A stretch of 64,000 nucleotides of DNA from Hormiphora californensis (lineage: Eukaryota > Animalia > Ctenophora): NCBI GenBank assembly GCA_020137815.1, contig CM035353.1:8060001-8124000 (forward strand). The letters run 5' to 3'. A model generated the notes under the pieces. The model had not been told where the DNA came from and did not search any database. It worked only from the letters and a program-made list of their open reading frames with translations. Of this stretch, positions 10,050 through 20,600 are shown in pieces (within the stretch, counting starts at the first letter, position 1; each line of letters begins with the position of its first letter). Made by a program: the position numbers and the translations under genes.

Positions 10050-12750
10050 TTTGATTTGATTTTAAACTAATTTGCAACATATACAGGAAAAGTAGCACAC
10101 ATAAAAATATAAATATATATAAGTCCCTGTATATAGAGCAGATTAGGGGCAGGTCTAATTAGACGCTTACGCCGCAGAGTCACACTAAATCAATTTATAG
10201 GGTGATGTAGATAATAAATTAGTTAATAAATTAGAGGTATTGATTTATTTAATTTTATTTTTGTGTATTTTAGATTATTTTGTCCTGTCGGTGAGTCACG
10301 TCATATAGTCATGCTGGAGAGAGTGTTTTAGGAAGTAGAAAGAGTGCAGGAGGGAGAGATATATTAGAGAGGTTTTGAGAGAAGGGGAGAATGAGGGAGA
10401 GAGAGAGAGAGAGAGAGAGCGAGAGTGAGGGAGGGAGAGAGAAAGAGAGTGCAGCAAAGTGCTTCACAGCTGTACTTTCCTTAAATCTAGGATTAGAGGG
10501 CTAGTAATAGAGATACAGCTGTAGTAGAAGATATTTTATGTTACTCCATGTTCTAGCATGTGGTTCTTGAGTTTAATGGAAAAAAGTGAAGGGTTGCATA
10601 TTTCTCTTAGAGACAGTGGAAGTAAATTCCAGGCCAAATGTGTTCTGTAGAAAAATGACTGCTCAAATGACTCAAGTCTTGCCCTCTCGGTACAAACAAT
10701 ATGAAGGTCATCTCTCTCACTCTGGAATCTCGTTGTTCTAGTAAAATCGGATTGTCTGTCATACATGTGTAGGTATGCAGGTAGTTGCAGAGGAATGTGA
10801 GAATAAACTATTTTGTGCAGAAGAGATATATCGGTGTAAAGGAATTTGAGGGACATCGGAAGTAGTTTCAGTTCACATAATTTCTCTCTATATTCAGTGT
10901 CAGTGTAGCTAGCATATTGTTCATTAAGAATAAATTTCACAGCCCTTTTTTGTATCTTTTCAAACTTACTGAGACCATTATCACTTGAAGGTCTCCAGAT
11001 TGGTGAACAGTGTTCAAAAAGTGACCTAACTATAGCTATGTAAAGAGTTCTTTTAGCTTGTGTCTGACAGACCATATTACAGTGCCGTTTGATCAGACCT
11101 AGTTTTTGTGAAGATTTTGATACAACAGATTCGATGTGATCAGTGTAGCTTAGTTTGGCCGTCATAATCACCCCCAGATCCGTTTCTGACGATGTACACT
11201 CTAGTTCTACTCCCCCCAATAAGTATCTAATATCTATAACATCACGTTTACATGTACTACGTATTACTTTACATTTAGAGGGATGAAACTTCATTTTATT
11301 TGCAGTGCTCCACGCTTCTAAATTATCTATATCTAACTGCAGACTGTCGTTTTGACATCTAATTTCCCGCCAAATCTTGAGGTCATCGGCATATAATTTT
11401 ATTTGGGTACCATCTCCTACACTATCAACAATATCGTTTATAAATAGGACAAATAGTAGGGGGCCTAGAATAGAACCCTGAGGTACACCAGATGTTACAG
11501 GAGTCCAATCTGAGAATGTGCCATCTACCATTACACGCTGTCTTCGATTTTGGAGATAAATTTTTATAAAGTTTAGCAGCTTACCGTCTATATCAAATTG
11601 GTTCTTAAGTTTTTCTAATATTAAGTCATGGGAGACACTATCGAAAGCCTTAGAGAAGTCAAAATAAACTATATCAGTTTGGAGATGATTGTTTAGATTA
11701 TAGGCAAGTTGACTAGAAAATTCAATAAGCTGTGTGTTACATGATTTATGAGGAACAAAGCCATGTTGATGTATTGTTATTTTGTCTTTGCATTGAGAGT
11801 AGAGCTTGTCCCTGACTAAATTTTCAAAGACTTTCATAACTAAACATGTGAGAGATATGGGCCTATAATTCCTAACATCGTTCTTGGCACACTTTTTGTG
11901 TATAGGGACAACATTTGCATCTTTCCATTCGGCAGGGATAACGCCAGCGTGGAAACAGCTATTAAAAAGTAAGGAAAGTGGTTTACTAAGAGAAAATCTG
12001 CATTTCTTTAAGACAATACCCTCTATATTATCTGGACCAGTGGCTTTAGTTGGATCTAAATTTTTGAGCACTTTAAAAACATCACTTTCCATAAAATAAG
12101 TGTCATTACAGTCCGAAAGATTATTTCTACTATAATTAACGTGAGTTTTGTAATCACTGCTACCCGAGAACTGTTGACTAAAAAAGTAATTAAACATGTT
12201 ACATTTATCTTCTGAATTGGTGGATGTGGTATTTTCGTTATGTAGAACGTCAGGGATTCTAGTACTATGTGATAGAGATCCAATGTGTTTGTACAACTTT
12301 TTAGACACAGAGTTTCCAGAGCCTTCGCAAGTGAAATAACTTGCCATTTTATTTTTAACCATTTCCCTATATGACACTTCAAGTTTTAGGAAAAAGTCTT
12401 TAAGAGCAGGATCTGACCCAGAGCTATTAGCTGACTTTCTTGCTCTATCGAGTCTATTTTTTAGATTTTTCAGCTCACTGTCATACCATGGGGGTTTATC
12501 CCCAACTTTAACGAGAACCATAGGAATATGTTTTCTAAGAATTATGTCCAGTTTTGATTTAAAGATGTCTAGCTTTTCTTTAATTGTACGGTTTCTAAAA
12601 ATAGGCCCCCAGTCAACTTTACCTAATTCATTATTTATGCTGTTCCAGTCCGCCTTCTTGTAACAAAATTTTCTCACTTTCGTGACAGACTTGGGTTTCT
12701 TGATCAGGGAGATATCAGCTGTTAACGTGAAATGATCAGAAGAAGTAAGG
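10050..12750 (-). mobile_element. 5'-truncated CR1-clade LINE (end of APE, intact RT, ORF stop at 10536)
   Basis: SDH end of the APE domain, ATGPDNI, YRPISLT, QHGF, YFDFSKAFD, SGVPQGSILGP, YADD; 3' UTR with (CT)n and a short (AATCA)n tail at about 10050-10062. Confidence 0.93.
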
Positions 12751-12783
12751 CCCGCATGAGGCCCCTCGGAAATGTTCAAGTCG

Positions 12784-12879
12784 TGCACAATCAAGTCACG
12801 CCCACCAATCACAGCTCAGAACGCGCGAAGCACCCCGCGCGTTCTGAGCTGTGATTGGTGGGTGTGACTTGATTGTGCA
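12784..12879. repeat. 96-bp near-perfect inverted repeat between two LINEs
   Basis: TGCACAATCAAGTCACGCCCACCAATCACAGCTCAGAACGCGCG, an 8-nt loop, then the reverse complement with one mismatch. Confidence 0.9.
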
Positions 12880-12916
12880 TCATCATCATCATCATCATCA
12901 TCATCATACAAATATT

Positions 12917-12950
<34 letters not shown>

Positions 12951-15730
12951 TATACATTTGATATACCGCTTTTATGCGTTATAAATGGAGGAAACAACTA
13001 AAGAACCTAATGGCTAGTGTTGTATGAACATCTCTCCACCGCGACTAAAGCGGTCGTCTTGGAATAATAGAATAAAAAGCTATGCTTAGATAATGGCCAG
13101 AGATAATAAATTAAAGTTAGATTAGTTAAATATAGAAAATTGTTTAAAAAACAGTTAGAAACAGTTAGAAACACACACATACGCACTACTGTCTAGCTGT
13201 AAAACCTAGAAGATCTTAACTAAACAGAACCTAGTCCTCCACACTCTATGCGACAGGCTGATTCAGAAACACTCGAATGAAATCCGTAACACACATACAA
13301 ACAGAATTCGAAACTCGTTCTCAACCCATGCTCAGTAAATGGAAAAATTAATATAAATACAATTTCATTCTGAATTTCATTACTCATACACCACACACAG
13401 TGATACAGAAACAACTCCATGTCATAAATAAACAAGAGCTCCAAAAGTAAAGTCTCAGTCTCAACTCAGTCTCAACTCAGTCTCAACTCAGAAACACGAG
13501 TTCTTAATACAGCATTGGAGATATACTTTGAAAGTCACACGTCATGAGGAAGAAAACTCATGTTACAATTAAACCTCTCAATTCAAGAAAAGTCACACGT
13601 CATGAGGTTGAAAACTCATGTTACAATTTAACCTCTCAATTCAAGAAAACATACTATGAGGTAGAAAACTCAAGTTAAAAGTTCGAAAACAATCACTCGT
13701 ACGCTAGTCTAAAAAGATGAGTCTTTAATCTAGTTTTAAACATTTCCACAGTTGATGATTCACGGATGCCTCTAGGAAGTCCATTCCAGAGCTTTGGGGC
13801 ACTTATGCTGAATGCAGCACTGGTTTGACGGTACTTAGAAGAGAAGGATCTTTCGAGAAGTGTCAGATCATTATCGTTTCGAAGGTTGCGTCCAGTCTGT
13901 GTCCTCGGTGTGATGAGATCTTGCAGATATAGAGGTGCTAATCCATTGATGCACTTGTAGGTCAATAGCAATATCTTGAAGTCAATTCTAGCGTTCACTG
14001 GAAGGAAGTGCAGTTCTCTCCTCAGTTTCGTTACACCTCGACGTCTCCTGTGGTTGTTGATGAACCTGACAGCGCTGTTCTGGACTTTCTGTAGACGGTT
14101 TATATCTTTTTTCGAGGCTTGCTTCAGTAGGGCGTTTCCGTAGTCCAAGCGAGAATGGATCAGGGTGTGGACCAACTGGATCTTTGTCTGTCGATTTAGC
14201 CTGTTTCCGATTCTCCACAGGTTTGAAAGCTGGGCCCAGCAAGAGCGGACAGTCCTGGAAATGTGTTCAGTCATTGACAGCTTGGAGTCAAACCAAATCC
14301 CTAGGTTTCTTGCTGTTTCTGCTACTGTGAAGTCTTCTTCGTCAGGATCTAAACATAACGTTTCTGGAATGGATGACTTGTCCGCCTTGTTGGTCAGCAC
14401 TAGAACTTCAGTCTTTGAAGGGTTTAACTTTAAAAAGTTCTCTCCCATCCACCATTGAATGTGTTTGAAACATCGCTGGAGTCGTCTGAACACGTCATCT
14501 GTGTTGTTTTCATCAAAGCTCACATAAATTTGCGTGTCATCAGCGAAAAGGTGAATGTTGAGATCGTAGACACGAGCAATGTCTTGAAGATCCCTGGTGT
14601 ATAGCACAAAGAGAACGGGTCCCAATATACTGCCCTGGGGAACTCCAATTTCAACCTCCAGAGTATCAGATCGGTTGTTCTCAAGTAGTACAGATGTTGA
14701 TCTACTTTGTAGGTAAGATTGAAACCATTTCAAAGCGTTGCCAGAGATCCCATACTGATCCTCTAACTTCATCAGGAGTCGGCTGTGTTTCACAGTATCA
14801 AAAGCAGCACTGAGGTCGAGTAGCAAAAGGATAGTCTTTGATTTGGAGTCCAACAGAACTAACAGATCGTTCACAATCTTCAGGGTGGCTGTTTCACAGG
14901 AATGAAATTTGCGATAGGCTGACTGATGAGAGGGAAACAAGCCATTATCTTCGAGGTAGTCCACGAGCTGGATACTGACTGCCTTCTCCACTACCTTGGA
15001 GATGAACGACAGATTGCTTACAGGGCGATAACTTGATAGGTCCTCAGGGTCTAGCTCCTTTCCCTTGAAAGATGGTCTGATTATTGCCTCTTTGAATGAC
15101 TGCGGGAAGATACCGGTGAGGAGACTATCATTCACGATCTTGGAGATTGTAGGAAGTAATTCTGGTAGACACTCCATGATTAGGGATGTTGGCATCGGGT
15201 CAAGCTGGCAGTGCTTCCTGTTCATTTCCCTGATCATCTTTAGAAGTTCTTCATCAGATACTGGAGAAAAGGCAGTGAACTTTGTTGTTGGTTTGTCTGG
15301 CTGAGGGGTGACTGCAGGGGGTGGAATGGATTGAGACTCTATCTGTTGGTAGATCTTGGTCACTTTTGATTTGAAGTACTCGTTGAATTCAGGTGCAAGC
15401 TGGCTTGGTTCTTTATCAGATGGTAGAGTCGTTGGAGATTTTTCAATTCCAAGAAGTCCGTTGACCACAGAGTACATCCCTTTTGCATTGCCCTGCAGTC
15501 GTTTAAACTCAGCTTGGTAGTACTTGGATCTTGCATCCTCGAGGGTTTTTACAGAAACTTTGCTTGCTTCTTTCCATTCAATGTAGACTGATGTAAGAAC
15601 CCTGGCGTTGCACGATTTCAGTAGTCGCGACTTCCATCTCCTCTCTTTAGCTCGGCGGATTCGTCTCACTCTCAGGCAGGTGACATTTTTCATCCATCTT
15701 GGGACAGTTCTTATCTTCACCTTCTACTGC
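12880..15730 (-). mobile_element. 5'-truncated L2-clade LINE (ORF 15720-13693)
   Basis: LDPMPT, YRPVSNLSFISK, QSAYR, DLSAAFDTV, GVPQGS, FADD, SRLDYGN, LKTHLF; long 3' UTR with about 58-bp tandem repeats, GCGGTATAT terminal motif and (TTA)n/(GAT)n tail. Confidence 0.93.
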
Positions 15731-16073
15731 TAGAAGAGCACTTACATATATGCTAAATCACACACAGGCAAAACTAACGACTTTCTAAAGCGGTGAAGCC
15801 TACTTCGAATCGCTCGGTAACACATACAACTTGTGTATAGGCCCAGGCCATGACTTGAACATTTCCGAGGGGCCTCATACGAGCATATCTCCGCCATTTG
15901 GCAAACGTTGCTTATGGCCCCCTGTTCTGCGCCACGCGCAGCGCGGGATAAGGCAGCGCTTTTCAACTCCGCCATAAGGTCCCTGATGTTGTCGTGACGG
16001 AGGATGGAATTTGAAAAAAATTCTGAAAACTGCGAAATTTTGGCCAAAATTTCGCAGTTTTCCCTCTTTATTA

Positions 16074-16291
16074 GTGGAAGCTCTTACGGTATTTCCCACG
16101 CCCCGTGGGAAAGTTTTTGACCGTGGGAAAGTTTTCAAACCGTGGGAAAAGAGAGATACATACAATAACATTAAAAAAATAATTATTTTTTTAATGTTAT
16201 TGTATGTATCTCTCTTTTCCCACGGTTTGAAAACTTTCCCACGGTCAAAAACTTTCCCACGCGGCGTGGGAAATACCGTAAGAGCTTCCAC
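16074..16291. mobile_element. Spacerless palindromic MITE
   Basis: TA-GTGGAAGCTCTTACGG ... CCGTAAGAGCTTCCAC-TA; about 109-bp arms meeting at AAAAAAATAATTATTTTTTT. Confidence 0.88.
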
Positions 16292-16295
16292 TATA

Positions 16296-16405
16296 TGCTC
16301 TGCCGTGCGTTACAGGTGCGCGCAGTGCATCTGGGTGTCCGGGCAAATCCGGATTTGCCCGGACACCCAGATGCACTGCGCGCACCTGTAACGCACGGCA
16401 GAGCA
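16296..16405. mobile_element. Second spacerless palindromic MITE, abutting the first
   Basis: TA-TGCTCTGCCGTGCG ... CGCACGGCAGAGCA-TA; perfect palindrome centred on AAATCCGGATTT. Confidence 0.82.
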
Positions 16406-16527
16406 TAAAGAGGGTTCTTTCGCGCGTCACAGTGCATTTTGACGTGACCAGGGTGTCCCCAGAAAATTGTGTGCGCGCGCGGCCGCGGATGATTTTTTTT
16501 TCTCGTGATCAGCAAAGGAAAACGTTA

Positions 16528-16748
16528 AAGTCGGATTTTTTGAAACTGTCACCCCCCCTAAGTTTTCAAATTTCTTTAAATGACCATAAGTCCGGTTCCT
16601 GATAAGATAGAGACTTGAAATTTGGAGGTTATAAAGATCTTGCTAAGTTCTTCCGAACCTCCAAATTTCAAGTCTCTATCTTATCAGGAACCGGAGATAT
16701 GACAAATTTGTTATTTCAGGGGGGTGACAGTTTCAAAAAATCCGACAT
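16528..16748. mobile_element. MITE family B, second member
   Basis: Same GTCGGATTTTTTGAA...GTCACCCCCC termini as 7347-7612, TA-flanked, different interior. Confidence 0.85.
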
Positions 16749-16750
16749 TA

Positions 16751-17393
16751 AAATCTGGGTGCCTTTCATTGCTAACAATTCGTAGTTTTGGCGCGCGCGA
16801 CGGGTTAGGGCTATCTGTTAGGGTTTGGTTAGGGTTTGGTTTGGGGTTACCGGTTAGGGCTATCGATTCTCTAACTGATACCGTTTAGTTTACACAAATC
16901 GGCCATGTGGTTCCATGGCTATAGCCGTTTGAAAAAAGTCGGTCTAAGTATACTTTTTGGCAGCGCGCACCTGTAAACAGGCTGCAAGGCACCCAGATTA
17001 TAAAAAAAATCGCGCCCATCAGCAAACTTTCATTTTTCTTGCCAGGTTAGACTGTTTTTTCGCGCGCCCCGCAAAACAAAACAACATTTTTCACAAAACG
17101 CCTCAAAATGGGGCGCGATTATAATCTGGGTACCTTGCAGCCTGTTTAAAGTCCGTTTCAAGCGACTTGACCCGTAATTCTTGGAATTTGGCGCATTGCG
17201 CGTGTATTTACAAAGGGGAAATCCTGAATGGAACCACATGGCCGATTTGAGTAAACTAAACGGTATCAGTCAGAGAATCGATAGCCCTAACCGATAACCC
17301 CAAACCAAACCCTAACCAGACCCTAACGGATAGCCCTAACCCGTCGCGCGCGCCAAAACTACGAATTGTTAGCAATGAAAGGCACCCAGATTT
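16751..17393. mobile_element. Two family A MITEs in inverted orientation (16751-17000 and 17122-17393)
   Basis: Each is bounded by AATCTGGGT(G/A)CC / GGCACCCAGATT; together they form about 165-bp outer inverted arms with GGTTAGGG/CCCTAACC motifs. Confidence 0.85.
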
Positions 17394-17550
17394 TAACGTT
17401 TTCCCTCAAAATGTCCAAAGTTTTCGTGTGGCTTCGCCCCCTCAAACCCACCGGGGCTTGCAGCCCCTGGACCCTGCCTGCAGGGGGCTCTGCCCCCGCC
17501 GGGGCTGCGCCCCTGGACCCTGCTTCGGTTAGGGCTATCGATTCTCTATC

Positions 17551-17593
17551 AGTTTCAAACTTTTCAACACTACTTTAAACAAATTAATTTGAG
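17551..17593 (+). ncRNA. Genomic copy of the ctenophore trans-spliced leader (SL) exon
   Basis: AGTTTCAAACTTTTCAACACTACTTTAAACAAATTAATTTGAG agrees with the Pleurobrachia/Hormiphora SL as I recall it. It is followed by GC rather than a GT donor, and the ATG of the next gene lies 20 nt downstream. Confidence 0.8.
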
Positions 17594-17613
17594 GCGTGAG
17601 CCTCTAGGTAGTG

Positions 17614-20600
17614 ATGGGAACGAAAGACAACGTGGGCGATAACCCTATGAATGAACGGCTGAAGAAGTCAGTGAATGACTATGTTTTGGAGATCATGAGA
17701 TTGGAATTCGCAGGAACCTCGGAAGAGATGGATGTTGAACCTCATGTGGTAACTGATAACTACAACTTTTTCAAACAATTTCCTGAGTCAAAACTGACCC
17801 CTGATAGTGCTGGTACAGTTTATAAAGATATAAACACCTACTACAGTCACGGATTGAGATATAATATAGGTAGAGACAGAGAGATCAACGTAAGATTATT
17901 CCAGATGTCTATCTAATTTGGTCAAACACCATTTCCTTCGTTTAGCCATGGTTTGGAAAGTTTACGAGGGTATGCGGTACTTTGAAGACAGCACTGAGTA
18001 CGAGTTACAGAGGTTTCAGAGAATCTACCAAAACTGGGAGAAGATGGTTGAAGTTGGTCTGCTCTCAGCTGACAGCCACTTTTACAATTACCGTCCCTCT
18101 TCCTGGGCAAAAGATAAGGCAAGACTTGAACGATGTAAGTGCAGTGACAAATCTTAACTTAGTCTGGGTTAATTACTGCAATCTGCATCAAAGTATGTAA
18201 CACTTCATTCTTTGTTTCAGTTCAAGAAGCTATGAAAAGGCACAAGGAGGGTTTAGAATCTCTAGAAGAAGAGACTGATACCGATCCAAGAGAGGGACAA
18301 CCTCGTACACCCTGCCTTCCAACTCCTGAATTCTCCCGTCCCAAGTCGGGGAAGGAACGTGTCTCTGTGGAACTATCTCCAGTTCTAATAAAACAAGAAA
18401 TGGAGGACTTGGAAAGAGTCCCACAACATCTCATTCACATTGCTAGAAAGTAAGTGTGATTTATCTACTATTGTTAAAACTCAATTGTGTTTTGTAACAC
18501 ACTACAACTACAAATCAACACTTTAATTTGACTAAATACACCTCATATTATTCTTAGGGTTAACAAAGATACGAAAGAACCGGACGTTTATCTAGACGAG
18601 ATATTGATACAGTCAATTCCAGATAGTTTGAATAAGATAACTGCATTACTGCACCAGAAGGATCTCACAATGTTTGTTGCTGACACAGTTGTTGATATGA
18701 GAGATGTTATGGAATTTAGCCCTGGATCTAAATACGAAATGTTGGAATGTTTAGAAGAAACCCTGACTGAAGAAGAGCTGTTATTTCTGGAGGAGGAAAC
18801 TAAACTTGCTAAAATGGAGCTGCAAAATTTAAGGTTTGAATTGTGGAACTTTAACCCTTTCTTCCTATTATTGCTGAGTCAGCATGTGAATAGTTGGAGA
18901 AAACGTTTATTTTCTGTTGCAGTGATGCAGAGTTGAAAAGGGAACTGGAAAGTTTGGAATCAGTGTCTTGTTACCCGCTCTTTCCGCATCCTGAAGAAGA
19001 GTTTCTTGAGGAAGAGGAGTTGGATAAAATTGACCGATACACTGCCGATATCCTAACATTGACTAAACAAAAAGGCAATCTTTCAAACGAAGAGTGAGTA
19101 TAGAAAAATCAGAAAAATTGCTATTTCTTGTGCTTACAGATCTGGCTTCTTTTCATCAAATGCTTAATTTCAGATAATCTAACATCTATATCCTGATCAG
19201 GTTTGATAAAAAGATGCGAGATATTCTGATAGAATATGAGAGGATTGTTATACCAGACGATGAAAGTGTCCTTGAAAAAGATACCCAGAACGGTACCGAA
19301 TCTGCAGATAACAAATTGACTAGTCCCCAACCAACAACCATCACATCAGCACCCACTACATTACATGAGAAACAAGATGAAATAGATGATTTTGATTTTC
19401 TCGGAGATGAAGATAATGTGATGAGGTATCTAACCAGTGAGAACAAGGATCCTGGAATATCGGAACTACCATGTATGCCACTACCCCAAGAAGAAGCTGT
19501 GGGCAGTAAGAATGAGGAAGGGGAGGGTAGTGTGAGAAGGAACCCGGTGAGGAAAGCTAAGGAAGGAATCTCATACACTCTTTGTGATGATGATGATGAT
19601 ACTGATGATTATTGTAAGTGTCCGGGGGTTTCGAGTTTATCAGCCAATTCCTTACATATTGATCCCATTTCCTTCCCTCAGATTGTTGGAGGTGTAAGGA
19701 CTTTGTTCCCTCTATTTGTGAGCTACATGGCGACCTGGAACCTTGTTCAGAGATCATTACTGCTTCTGGTACTAAAGACCCCAAAAAGTTCCCCGTCCCC
19801 AGTTTCATCAAGATAACTACCTCCAAAATACCCAATGCTGGGTTTGGTGTCTTCGCTGCAGAGTTTATCAGACCTGGAGTCATCATTGGTAAGTGTGGTG
19901 TGTACAGATAATGGGCAGCCCATTGTCTGTACACCCTAATTATGGGCTAATTAGATGATTAGATCTAATGCGCTAACCGCTAATTAGATCATTAGATCTA
20001 TTAGTATAGCTCTGTTTCTTGTAATTGTAGATTAGACTTTTTCCAAAGCTGTAAATACCCATTTCTCAGGTGAATACAGAGGAAAGAAGCTTACTCAAAA
20101 GAAGTACCAAGAACTGGAACAAAGTGGGAAAGAGTCTGGGTACGCATGGAAGGTTAAAACCAGTAAAGGGGTCCACTTTGTGGATGGTTCATCCTACAGA
20201 TCAAGCAACTGGCTCCGGTTCATCAACTGTGCAAGGGGCCAGTGTGAAGAGAACGTTCTGATGAGAGTTTGCAAAGGTTTGTTGCTACTTCTAAGTTCTA
20301 TCAACCAACAAAGTACAAACCAACTGATGATTTTAATTAACGTTATCCTCTTGCCCAGCTTTATAATTACCAGCTATTTTCTCTCAGGGGTTGTCCAGTA
20401 CTATTCCTACAAACCAATTAGAATTGGCCAGGAATTACTACTCTTCTATGGTGATGAATATTTCTCTGATCTTGGCTATGACATCTGCCGTGAGGATTCT
20501 AGTAATGGTAAGTGCAACAAATAGAAACACGTTGGTTTACATGTAAACCAACGTGTTTCTATTTGTTGTACTATCTGCTCTCGGTTCCACGCCGATAGAG

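Noticed and set aside
17551-17700. Canonical SL RNA gene
   Set aside because: The leader is followed by GC rather than GT, no clear Sm site follows, and the downstream sequence is an open coding exon; kept as a finding in a different form.
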